Below, piece by piece: positions 44,605-56,390 of a DNA stretch of 64,000 nucleotides. This DNA comes from Octopus vulgaris. Lineage: Eukaryota. A model generated the notes under the pieces. It was not told where the DNA came from and searched no databases. It saw only the letters and a program-made list of their open reading frames with translations. The stretch's first letter is position 1, and the number at the start of each line of letters is the position of its first letter. Position numbers and translations under genes: made by a program. The stretch lies in contig OX597815.1 of NCBI GenBank assembly GCA_951406725.2, forward strand, positions 99,944,001 to 100,008,000, read 5' to 3'.

Positions 44605-44691
<87 letters not shown>

Positions 44692-44778
44692 CTATGTACA
44701 TATACAAACACATACGTATAAATATATCTGAATATATGTACATATACATATACGCACATATACGTGTCTCCGGGTATG

Positions 44779-44827
<49 letters not shown>

Positions 44828-45229
44828 ATTATTGTAATTAAGTATGCTTGCGAGAAAACTGAAGAAATACGTCGCAAGTGTTTCCACTTGAATTGCTTAT
44901 AATGTACATTGACTGTAAGCAGGAATATCACATGATATCATATTTGATATTATATTTTATAAAACATTAAACTATCTTTATTATTGTTTAGAAAATATAT
45001 CTTCTGATTCCAACAAATGAGCAATTGTATGCCTTTATTTAGTCATTCATTCATCAGTTCGTAAGTAAAATGATAACTCTGATTCACTGAAGGAATAAGA
45101 GTAAGATTGAAGCAGGAGCATAGCTGTCTCACGTATTTGCTGGAAAAATGAAGAGACATCACTGAATCGACAAGAATATTGGATGTTGTTATACACCGCT
45201 GGGCACAATGCACTTCCCGACACTAATGT

Positions 45230-45428
45230 GGCTATTGATGATGCCATCCCACGGGCAGGAAAACATTTTCCCTGGGCAGAGCAGCAGACCACCGCAGGGT
45301 TGCCTATTTAGAACTAAGTGGAGCAATGTGAAGTGAAGGTTTTCGCTCAAGAGCGCAACGCCCTGCCCGTCTGAGAATCGAAACCATGATCTCACGATCA
45401 TGAGGGCAATACTCTACCAACTGGGCCA
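45230..45428 (-). mobile_element. Old tRNA-headed SINE
   Basis: rc TGGCCCAGTTGGTAGAGTATTG...GGTTTCGATTCTC; related to the 39812-40106 head. Confidence 0.6.
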
Positions 45429-46218
45429 GGATTCTTATCTTATATTGTTCATTGATTAGTATCGATTATTTCCAACACATTTAGCTTTCAGTTCTATATT
45501 TAAGAGATGAGGAATTATGTACACTGTAAAGAGAGGGATTGCTCAGTGCCTAAAACATCGAGCAAATATATGAGTAGCTATTGTGATACCCACCACGAAG
45601 AAATGATCAAGCTCAGTAACAATCTATTAAGCAACAACTACCCCGAAAACATACTATCCACTCCAATTATGAAGAAAAGAGGGGATGAAACTAATGAACT
45701 GTCCACAGTCTGTCTACCCTATGTGAAAGGCCTCTCCGGAAAGATACAAAAGATATGCGGCCCATATGACATCAGGACAGTATTCAAGAGTAATACAACA
45801 CTTCGCAAATATCTCTTTCGAGTAAAACCAACAACAGAAGAGAATATGATCAAAGACTGTGTGTACTCTATCCCATGCAGCTGTGGTAGGTTATGCAAAG
45901 GCGAAACATGCCTCCCCCTCAAAATAAGGGTAGACGAACATTGCAAAGCTGTGACATGAGGAGATATTGATAAATCGGGTATAGCTGATCATGTATGGAA
46001 AAATGGAGATCCCCCCTTCCTGTGGGATGAAATTAGAATAATAGACAGAGAACACCACTGGAAAATACGAAAACTAAAAGAGGCAGCACATATGCTAGGA
46101 CACAACCTGCTAAGCAGACCAAGTACAGATATGAACAGCATATAGGAACCAGTATTAAGGAAGGATAGGAAAATATTAGCTTTATAATCCCTAAAAAATT
46201 CACTCCCTAATTGTCCAC

Positions 46219-46295
46219 GGGCATATGGCGTAGGGGGTTAAGAGCGCCGGCTACTAACCCCAAGATTCTGAGTTCGATTCCAGACTGTAACCTGA
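46219..46295 (+). pseudogene. tRNA-like sequence (Pol III A/B boxes) inside the Penelope 3' region
   Basis: TGGCGTAGGGGG (A-box-like; TGGTGTAGTGG in the 14.7-kb copy), anticodon-like arm GG CTACTAA CC, B-box GTTCGATTCC; acceptor stem poor. Confidence 0.7.
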
Positions 46296-46369
46296 ATAAA
46301 AATAAAAATAATAATAATAACATCGAAAAATACCTTAGGAATGTGAACCCAGGTTCGAAATTTCCCCAA

Positions 46370-46415
46370 GACACCTGATGAAGGCTGGAGGGTATATCAG
46401 CCGAAACGTTGTGTT
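46370..46415 (+). ncRNA. Minimal type-I hammerhead ribozyme, intact core
   Basis: GACAC CTGATGA A GGCTG GAGGGTATAT CAGCC GAAAC GTT GTGTT. Confidence 0.88.
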
Positions 46416-47110
46416 AAGAACAAACAAGATGAGAACAAATATCCGTCAAATGTACATTTAGCTTAGTCTTTTTTTTTTTATTTCTCTTGAATTAAATGTT
46501 GCATATTACAATATATTTTAGAGCTACTTCGTAATGTATATAAACAAAAATATATAAAAAATATACTTGAACAAAACCAGAACGGTTGTGTTTTCATTAA
46601 TTTTATGGTCGTTTATTCCAGTCTTTCATTCTTTCTTCAATAGCTTAATCAGAGTAGAGTCTTGCGCTGTCCATAATCTTCCTATATTGCTTTTCGGGGC
46701 CTCCGTAACTGGTGGCAGAAAGGGAGAAAGTTATTCTCAGACACTGAGATATCCTGAATGCTCACAACAAAGTGGAATCTCTAAAAACACCTAGGCTGTG
46801 ACAAACCAGGCGACAACTTGGATAAAGAATGAAAACGTTCCAGTGATAGACTTTCCCACTCTTTCTACAAAATATAGCCTTAAAAAGCTATAATCAATCC
46901 AATGATGCCGCGCAATGAAATTTGAAACCATAGAGATGTTAAATCAAACTTTTTATCCTCTGTCTTATTCTCTATCACATTTTCTTTTACCTTTCTTCTA
47001 CTCCCTCAGTTTGTCTTACTCTTACACAATTTCTCTCTTTTTCTCCTTTCTTTCGATATTTACCTGTATGTCTTGTTATTGTTCGTTTAATCCAACTAGT
47101 TATAAATGTA

Positions 47111-47335
47111 AAGTTAATCCAAACAAGAAAACACAGAAAAAAACACAGAAAAAAACACAGCAACGCGAGGACGTGGAACAATTAAAGTATTATTTGACGC
47201 TCAGGAAAGAAGGGAAGGAGGGTTTAACGTTTCGAGCGGAGCTCTTCGTCGGAAACAAGGAGAAGGAAAGATCCCGAGTCGAGGGAAGACAGAGGAAAAA
47301 AAATATTTTTGCTGGTGGTGCTCAAGAGATCAACC
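47111..47335 (-). mobile_element. Hammerhead-bearing family B copy
   Basis: Nearly identical to 25851-26072; HHR at 47222-47256. Confidence 0.85.
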
Positions 47336-47454
47336 CATAACGAGAAAATGTTGCTATAAGAAATAGGGATGTAATCCCATTAAGGTGTTTATCTAATTTG
47401 TATCTAACTTTTAGTGATAAGTATCCTGTGAAACTTCCCAACAGATTCTGAAAT

Positions 47455-47676
47455 CTTTTATCTTTCATTTGTTTCAGTCATTAGACTGCGGCCATGCTGG
47501 GGCACCGCCTTGAAGAATTTTAGTCGAACTTATCGACCCCAGTACAATTTTTTTGTAGAGTCTGGTACTTATTTTATCGGGGTCTTTTGCCAAGTCGCTA
47601 AATTACTAGTTGTCAAGTGGTGGTGGGGGGACAAACACACTCAAACACACACACATATATATATATATACTTATGT

Positions 47677-47735
<59 letters not shown>

Positions 47736-47948
47736 CATTTTTCAAAATGTGACCTCGTGTGTACCGTTGGCAATTTTTTTTCCTCTGTCTTCCCTTCTCT
47801 GGATCTTTCCTTCTCCTATGTTTCCGACGAAGAGCTCCGCTCGTAACGTTAAACCCTCCTTCTTTCCTTCTTTCCTGAGCGTCCAATAATACTATATTTG
47901 TTTCACGTCCTCGCGTTGTTGTGTTATTTTGTGCTTTCTGGTTTGGAT

Positions 47949-47990
<42 letters not shown>

Positions 47991-48110
47991 CGACGAGCTT
48001 CTTTCAGTTTCCGTCTTTCGAATCCACTCACAAGGCTACAGTAGAAGACACTTGGTCAAGGTGTCACGCAGTGGCATGCAGTTGGAAAACAAACTTCTTG
48101 CCATACAGCG
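47455..48110 (-). mobile_element. SINE family C split by a nested family B element
   Basis: Tail 47455-47650, head 47988-48110; the internal TA tract hosts 47735-47953. Confidence 0.75.
47735..47953 (+). mobile_element. Hammerhead-bearing family B copy (GAAA changed to GTAA)
   Basis: 47820-47854 reads GTTT CCGACGA A GAGC TCC GCTC GTAAC GTT AAAC; (TA)n on both sides. Confidence 0.85.
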
Positions 48111-48599
48111 AAGGCTACACCTACTGAAACCCTGGATGAGGTCCCTCAGCCAGTTCGTGTGAACTGATGCGAATTGCAGGACTCAGCGGACATCTACACC
48201 TCGAACGCTCATTGTGGTCCCGGAGTTCCATCGTCCCGGGGCTGAGTCCGGTCGAGAGGCGGTAATGACACGAAAACGCTGTCTGTTGCCTTAATTTGAA
48301 TTTTTTTTTCTGAAGTATAAAATGATGAAAACAATAACAACAATGACAGCAATAAATATAACATCAATAGCAACAATAAAAATGTAGGTGTTTGCGTGTT
48401 TACGGTTGACGAGCATCGCTACATATATGATGACCTTCGGTAGAACAATTAAGTTTTTATGTATTTTGTTTGTTCTTTCAAATCCACAGTGGCTTTTTTT
48501 CTTCTCTTTATTCCTTTAATACCTTCAAATACTGCTTAATAGTTGCAGGAAATGAATATAAACAGGTGATTATTTCTCTAAAAGGAATGATTATTACAT

Positions 48600-49850
48600 T
48601 GTATAGATTCTCTCTCTACATCAGTAATCATTGATTTCGTTTATGATGTCAGTGTTTTTATTTACCTGCAATGTGTGATTTTATGGGAATATTTGCAAAT
48701 TTTGTCTGTTTTTCTATATGCAGTTGTGTAGATATGAAGTAGACTTTGTAAAACCTCTTTTGAGGGTATTCTGAGCAAACTCGTTCCTCCTGTCTCTCTC
48801 AGATGGCATTCGCGCTTGCAGATATTTCTGTGGGTCGATAATCATTCGACCGACGTTCAAGCCCTGATTATCCTTTTCTTTTCTGGTATGTATTCAACAA
48901 TTCAAGAGTTCGAAGATAGTAGTTGTTACAGAAGATTCGTACGCGTTTTCTTGTAGGTCCGCCACATACGTGCTTCCTCTCGAGCTTGAGGCTGGTGTCT
49001 GTCAACACATTGTGCCATTATTTTTGTATGGATGTGTCGTCTATTCATAGGGATTTCGTTTACTTCTACCGGTGGATTGTTCTGACTTTTAGACATAAAA
49101 TTACTATCAGCATCATTCCCCATTTGTTCAACAAATCTTTTTTACTGACATCATTTTTTTTATCGTGAAATCATTTATCTTAGGTAGTGTATACTTTTCA
49201 TTGTACTTATATAGATAACTATGGGAAAATGTTTTCCAAGCAACCTACACAAGTCGCTTATAATTTCGATTAATTTTAATTTGTCTACAACTATAATACC
49301 ATTTTTGTTTACTCATTTTATCCTTCCATGATTCATCACCAATGTTGTAGAAGATGGTGTGTCTAGAAATCTTTGTAGGGATTCTCTGCGTGTTAAATTC
49401 GAGCTTGAGACAAATATGATCTTGCTTTTATCTCCCAGTTCGTATGAATATAAGAATAACTGCTCATTAAACAAGGCTACTGATGTTGGGGTTTGGATCC
49501 TGAGAAGCTCGCTTCCAACACGAAAGATATTGTTTGCTTCCCTTTTCAGCACTAGGCTAATGTATTTAATTTTGCTGTTGTTCTTTAGCAAGTGCTGTCT
49601 GAGAGAAACTATACGACATTCGAAGGCTGTCTGCACTATCCTAAGCCTCTACCTCCCTTATATCTTCTTAAGTAGAGCCTGTCGATACCATTATTCCAGT
49701 ACTCTAAATATTTACATAATCCTTCCTTCAGAATCTTGCGGGTTTTAATACTTGTCGAGTGGATTTCTTCTACAGACCAGTCAGGTATCCCAAATGTTGG
49801 AATCAGCGCTGATAGTGCAAATGTATTGTGGGACATTGTCTTATTGGATT
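48600..49850 (-). mobile_element. Degenerate RLE-type (R4/Dong-like) non-LTR retrotransposon
   Basis: NTFAL...TFGI..W..EEI...KTRKIL and DRLYLRRYKGGRGL. Confidence 0.7.
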
Positions 49851-51069
49851 ATTCTACAATCTCAGGTTGGTCTATAACTTGTGAATGATATTGGATTGAT
49901 GGAAACTGCATAGATGACATCTGGATAGCCGAATTAATTTTATCCAATCTTGTTACACCATGTTTTCCCTTCGAATCACATTAAGGATATACGTGTCTGT
50001 TGAACACAGTCACTTATATACTAATTCAATGAGCTTAGTAGTTTAGATAATCAAACAACTGAAAACTCTTAGTCGGAAATGGATCACAGTCGAGATCCAT
50101 TTATTTAACCTAAATGGAAGGTCCAAAATTTTTCTCTAGTTAACATTGCTAGTTTTATCATCCGGTGTGTGTAAGGCATAAACGAAGTCCCACCACACAC
50201 TGTAATCGAATCACACCACCCAACCAAACTCTTTTCATATAATAATTAAAAATTTAGTTTAAACTTTTGAATAGAATCATAATTTACATCTTATATTCAT
50301 AAAGTATTTCACTGCCTGTGCACCTTAGTGCTTTTGTTGTAAACTCTAGTCTCAGAGCTACAGGTGTCCGAAATGTACTCTAAATATTTTCATAATCCTT
50401 CTTTCTATTATTACTGTTCTTCACTATAATTACAATAACCTTTTAACCTGTATTCGAAACCAATATAGCAATCTGTCATGTAAAGGAGAAAGGCAAAGAG
50501 TGAGGCAGTGGTGGGATGGAAGGAGAGAAACAGGTGGGGGCAGCAACAAATTCAAATAAGAAAACGAGCAAGAGACGAAGACAGACAGATAGATAGAGAG
50601 AGGGGGGATGGCAGAGATTCAGAGAAAAATGAAACTCAGTGACAAATAGAAATTAAGAGAAGGAAATTGAGAAAGAGGGACATAAGCCGCAGAAAAAAAG
50701 GTCTTCATGCAAATATAAAGGTTATGGGACACGTGTTAGCTTAAACAAAAGAATAGCCTTAATCAGTTGACTTCTTTTTTAATCCAATCTTTCTAATTAA
50801 CGGCAAGTCGGTGCGGGATAGGCTTCGATTTTATTATCGTCACTATTATTATTATCATTATTAATTACCTTTTGTTCTGCCCTGTTCTTTTATATTTTGC
50901 CTTTTATTTGTTTTTCTTTCGTGAAAGCGAAAGAGCGCCGGAATAAGAGATGTATAAACGGTTCAGCTAGTTAAGAGGTTTATATCGACGTGGGTTCAAG
51001 TATCTTTAGATACGCGAAAGAATGGAACAAATAATGAAAGATTATTATCATTATTATTGTTGTTGTTGC

Positions 51070-51124
<55 letters not shown>

Positions 51125-52393
51125 GTTATTATTAGTAGTATTACATTGAGACCCTAGAGCTACGGATTATCGTCCTTCTCTTTCAGTCTCCCTTTAGCTG
51201 TTGCACCTGTCTCACAAACGAAAGGGGATATCTTCCAAAACTGACAACCGATTAACTGCAGATCCTCTTTTCCTTAGTCGCTCACTGATTCAACTTCTTC
51301 TTCTTCTTCTTTTTTTTCTTCTTCTTCTTCTTCTTCTTCTTCTTCTTCTTCTTCTTCTTCTTCTTCTTCTTCTTCTTCTTCTTCTTCTTCTACTACTACT
51401 ACTACTACTACTCTTTTCCTAATTGCTATTGTCTTACCATTCATTCATTTGTTTTTTGCCTTCCTCGTGTTGCTTTATATCAATAAATATATATAATTTA
51501 TATTAATAAATTATCATAATCATCATCACGGCCATACTGATCATTACCATTCCCCCTCTCATCCTCATCTTGATCGTCGTCATCATCATCAACATCACAT
51601 CACATCATCAACGCCATCCTGGATATCATCATCATCATCATCATCATTTTCATCGTCATCAGGTCGTTAACATCGTTATCATCCCCCGACTCACCGGTTC
51701 AAAACAAAAGGGATTAGTGAAACAGAAGCTGTACAACATACTATATATATATCCCACCATACATCGCTACACCTCACCACATCACACCACATCACTACCC
51801 AACTGCCCTGCACCATATCCCCACCACCACATCACAGTTCTACTATGACGCACCACCACCACACACTTATTAGCACAAAGTAACATAGATATCCTTTATT
51901 TATATATTAAGTACATAAACAATACCTATAATGAGAAGCAGATAAGTAAGTATACTTAAGACGAAAACATAAGCAATCGACAAACAACGGCTTAAGCTTT
52001 TCCGTCAAACCAAAATAAATAAACACGCACCCAATTCAAATTTATGGTTTAACTAGGTAAATTGGGCTTAACATATTTTCTTCTTTTCTCTGTCCTTTAT
52101 TTTCTACTCCTTTTCCTTCTTTCTTTTATGGTCCTTGTTTTTCATTCATGTCATATTTTATTCTATTTGAAACGTAAACGAATAGTTTTGGAATAATAAA
52201 GAAAAAAAATTAAAGCTTAAAATAGTGTACTATGTTTATGTAGCTACAGGCGTGGGTGCGTGGTAAGTATCTTGCTTCCCAACCAAATGGTATCAGGTTC
52301 AGTCCTACTGCTTGGTACCCATCGGGCAAGTGTCTTCTACTATAGCCTCGGACTGACCAAAGCCTTGTGAGTGGATTTGGTAAGAAGACCGTC

Positions 52394-52476
<83 letters not shown>

Positions 52477-52662
52477 AATAAATATTAGGGAATGAATCCA
52501 AAATTACAGGGAAAATCAGATTTAGGGTTAAATCCAATTTTATAGTAAAATATTATATAATATAATTCGAGACAAAACCACTATTTTAAAATCAAACAAG
52601 GAAAGACTTAATCAATACATAAAATTTTAATATAATTTGATACTGATTAGAAGATCGAAAAT

Positions 52663-52706
52663 CCACCTGAAGAATGTCAGTAGAAGACAGGAAACAATTG
52701 TAGTGG
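52663..52706 (+). ncRNA. Hammerhead motif in the loop of an 82-bp inverted repeat
   Basis: CCAC CTGAAGA A TGTC AGTAGAA GACA G GAAAC AATT GTA GTGG; arms 52554-52635 and 52720-52801. Confidence 0.78.
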
Positions 52707-52790
52707 CGGTTTATTTAATTTATATTAAAATTTTATGTATTGATTAAGTCTTTCCTTGTTTGATTTTAAAATAGTGTTTTTGTCTCGAAT

Positions 52791-52857
<67 letters not shown>

Positions 52858-52861
<4 letters not shown>

Positions 52862-53060
52862 AATTCACGAAAAAAAAACTTAAGACGAAGACATGTGGTG
52901 TAGAAAACAAACAGATGTATTAGTATAACGCTCGGGAATTGAAAAAGTCTTTTGCGTTTCGAGCCTACGCTCTTCCATAGAAAGGAACACAGAAAGGAAC
53001 AAGGGGAGAAACAAGGAGAGAAAAAATGTGTGTAATGGCTACCGATCTATCACGGCGACA
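52858..53060 (-). mobile_element. Family-B-related short element with decayed hammerhead
   Basis: rc CTTT CTATGGA A GAGC GTAG GCTC GAAAC GCA AAAG. Confidence 0.6.
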
Positions 53061-53924
53061 TATATATATATATGTCTCTGTGTGTGTTTGTATGTATCTG
53101 CCACCATAGTTTGACAATCGGTGTAGGTGTATTTATGTCTCAAAAGAGACCGTTAGAATAAGTATGAAGCTTAAAAGAAAACAAATAGGTACTAGGGTTG
53201 ATTCATTCGACTAAAAATTCTTCAAGGCGGTGCCCCAGCATGACCGCAATCTAATGACAGAAGCAAGTGAAAGATAATGCATATGTATTCTTATGCTTAT
53301 GTCTGTGAGTTTATGTGGAATTAAAGACACCTACACGCACGCACGCATACATGCACACATATATATCTATGTACGTTTATATATAGGTATATTTCGTGTG
53401 TATAGTAAGATGTACAACTGCTAGATACGAGTTTAGAGCTCCACGTTGACTATCATCATCCAGTCTGCTTCCAGTATAGTTGCGTGGTGTGGTTACTATT
53501 GTACTTAGCAGTATTACCGATTTTGATACAAAGTACATATGTAATAGAAAAAATAATATACAATTTTATATCGATTTTCCCTGACGTACGTTTCTCCATC
53601 GTGGTTATTTACAGCCTCTGCAGTAGATGCTCCAAGTGCAATTGGATGTTGATCCAAAACAGCTCATCAGGGAACTCTTTATTGCATTATGCTTCAAAGA
53701 TCCAATACATCCAATTACACATAAAACATTCCCTGTAGAGGAGGCAAATAACCACAATGGTGAAACGTACGTAGAGAGCAAAATGATATAATCTGCATCT
53801 TGAGATTATCATAATTTCTCATGTATAAATATATTTATGCCTAAAATTACATATACATATATATGTATATATATATATATAGATATGTATCTATATGTAT
53901 CTATATATATATATAGATAGATAG

Positions 53925-54035
<111 letters not shown>

Positions 54036-54079
54036 ATTGAAGAAATGGAGTTGAACGAAGATTGAACAGAAATCGTTTT

Positions 54080-54170
54080 ATTTCATTCTACACGTGTTTC
54101 GAAAGGCACAATTTACCAAATTCCGATTGAATAATGAGACCATATTGAGTCTTTCTCTTCAGGAAGAAAT
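54080..54170 (-). ncRNA. Hammerhead ribozyme with canonical core and extended helix II
   Basis: rc ATTTCTTC CTGAAGA GAAAG...CTTTC GAAAC ACGT GTA GAATGAAAT. Confidence 0.8.
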
Positions 54171-54527
54171 AGGAAATCCGTTGGAAAAAACAAAAACAGA
54201 ACAGAGGCGGAGCAAAACAAATCGAACGAGGCTCCTAAGAGCCCATGGCCAAACTGTTTATCAATGTATGTTGAAAACGGGTGGTGGGTGCGTTGAAGAT
54301 TTTAACGGGTCAGGCAGCGGTCATTCCGGTGGGTGAGGGCACGGGGTGCGTAGATGTTCTTTGTGACCGAGAGTAAAGTTCTGACAATTTAAAGAATATT
54401 AGGTGTATTATATGGGGCGAGACAAAAATCTACTTAGAGACATGTGTGTGTGTATATATATATATACATATATATATACATACATACATATTATATATAT
54501 ACATATATATATATACATATTATATAC

Positions 54528-54608
<81 letters not shown>

Positions 54609-54703
54609 ATTAATCAATTTAGGGTAGCAAAAAATTCAATAGAAATTTCTCGCTACCAGCGGTCTAGTGGGAAAGAGAAAATAGTCAAAGACTAAATATA
54701 TAA

Positions 54704-54958
54704 AATTAAACAATTTAGGAATGGCCTTAATAGGCCATTCGTCCACTAGAAAGAGCAGCCATAACTCAAACCGCTAAGTAGTAATTCAGAAATTAGGTGA
54801 AAATTTAAAAACGTTTACCGAAACGATGCATCGTATAAAGATGAATTAGGGTAAACGTTTTTAAATTTTCACCTAATTTCTGAATTACTACTTAGCGGTT
54901 TGAGTTATGGCTGCTCTTTCTAGTGGACGAAAGGCCTATTAAGGCCATTCCTAAATTG

Positions 54959-54965
<7 letters not shown>
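54704..54965. repeat. 116-bp inverted repeat with 30-bp spacer
   Basis: Arms 54704-54819 and 54850-54965, 1 mismatch. Confidence 0.93.
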
Positions 54966-55001
<36 letters not shown>

Positions 55002-55005
<4 letters not shown>

Positions 55006-55231
55006 GAAATGAATAAAATGCTGACAAAATAATTTAAGTAAGGGAGAGTGTATTTAATTAGGTGAAAGTTCTTTACCGGTTGCGCATTTGTTATGCTTAT
55101 CAAAAGATATATTTTTAAGAGAGATAGAGTTCCTTTCTGATAGATTTTTTTCTCTTATCTCAGATAAGAGAAAAAAATCTATCACTCTCCCTTACTTAAA
55201 TTATTCTGCCAGCATTTTCTTCATTTCCTTT
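55002..55231. repeat. Fold-back module with an internal perfect 23-bp palindrome
   Basis: Arms 55002-55050 and 55183-55231; palindrome 55138-55184. Confidence 0.88.
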
Positions 55232-55631
55232 TTTTATATATCACAACTCGTGTTCCACATCTCCTTTTTTAAATATATATATATATACATTAGGCCGTCA
55301 TGAGAAGATTTAAGTATGACTTTTTTCGAATCTATACTTTCAAGTGTTTGTGTATAGACGCGCAAACTCGCTTTGTTATGGGCATATACTCACACATGTT
55401 CGTATATTTTTACATGCATTGCGCTGGTGATAGGGGAAAAATCTATTTAAGATTTTAATCTTGAAATTAGCTAATTCGCATTTAATGTGGAGTCTTTTTT
55501 AAGTATATTTTCACTAGTCTGCTTTCAATCGCATGTATTTGTGGAGTTTTTCTCGGTTGCTTCGTAATGTTTAGACATTCATTCAGTATAGAGAAAAGTC
55601 ATGTTTCGACTTTCTCCCTTAATATAATTAG

Positions 55632-55740
<109 letters not shown>

Positions 55741-55741
55741 T

Positions 55742-55945
55742 TGTCTGTGTTTGTCCCCCTAGCATTGCTTGACAACCGATACTGGTGTGTTTATGTCCCC
55801 GTCACTTAGCGGTTCAGCAAAAGAGACCGATAGAATAAGTACTGGGCTTACAAAGAATAAGTCCCGGGGTCGAGTTGCTCGACTAAAGGCGGTGCTCCAG
55901 CACGGCCACAGTCAACTGGCTGAAATAAATAAAAGTACAAAAGAA
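55742..55945 (+). mobile_element. SINE family C, 3' half
   Basis: Matches 10215-10422. Confidence 0.85.
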
Positions 55946-56032
55946 TACGTAGATATAATTGAATTTATGTACGTATGCATGCATGCAGGAACAGCTATCA
56001 GCCTTTCTTGGGTTATTTAAAATATAACCCCA

Positions 56033-56390
56033 TACGCCGGCGTAGCTGTGTGGTAAGAAGCTTGTATCCCATCCACGCTGTTTCGGGTTCAGTCCCACTG
56101 TGTGGCACCTTGGGCAAAGTGTCTTCTACTATAGCTTCGGGCTGACCAAAGCCTTATGAGTAGATTTAGCGAACACAAGCCGAAGAAGCCCGTTATGTTT
56201 TGTGGTCGTGTTTGTCCCCCAGTACCGTTTGACAACCCGTGACTTAGTGATTCGGCGAAAAAGGAAGATAGAACATGAACTAGACTTTTTAAAAAAGAAA
56301 AAAAGTCTTGGTGTTGATTCATTAGACTAAAAATTATTCAAGGTGGTGCTCCAGTATAGCCACATTATTATGACTAAACAAATAAAAGAT
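56033..56390 (+). mobile_element. SINE family C
   Basis: GGTTCAGTCCCACTG.GTGGCACCTTGGGCAA...GGTGGTGCTCCAG. Confidence 0.82.

Larger units (their letters stand above)
45488..46453 (+). mobile_element. 5'-truncated Penelope-like retroelement (GIY-YIG endonuclease remnant, tRNA-like segment, hammerhead) with 11-bp TSD
   Basis: LPYVKGLS.KI...CVYSIPCSCGRLCKGET...RVDEH, continuing past a stop into SGIADHVW...RKLKEAAH; ACATTTAGCTT at 45477-45487 and 46454-46464; inverted tail piece at 45489-45523. Confidence 0.93.
52246..53278 (+). mobile_element. SINE family C split by two nested hammerhead-related modules
   Basis: Head 52246-52395, tail 53075-53278; inserts at about 52480-52801 and 52858-53060. 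Confidence 0.8.

Noticed and set aside
46219-46295. Functional tRNA gene (apparent ACT anticodon); likewise the heads at about 14710-14780 and 40035-40106
   Set aside because: Poor acceptor stems, embedded in repeats with element tails; these are tRNA-derived heads, not genes.
48179-48275. HDV-like ribozyme
   Set aside because: A P1-like stem followed by GG is present, but I could not place P2, P3 and L3 in the required nested order.
50700-50830. Octamer ATGCAAAT, E-box CACGTG and TAAT cluster as an enhancer
   Set aside because: Short motifs expected by chance in 64 kb; no conservation data.
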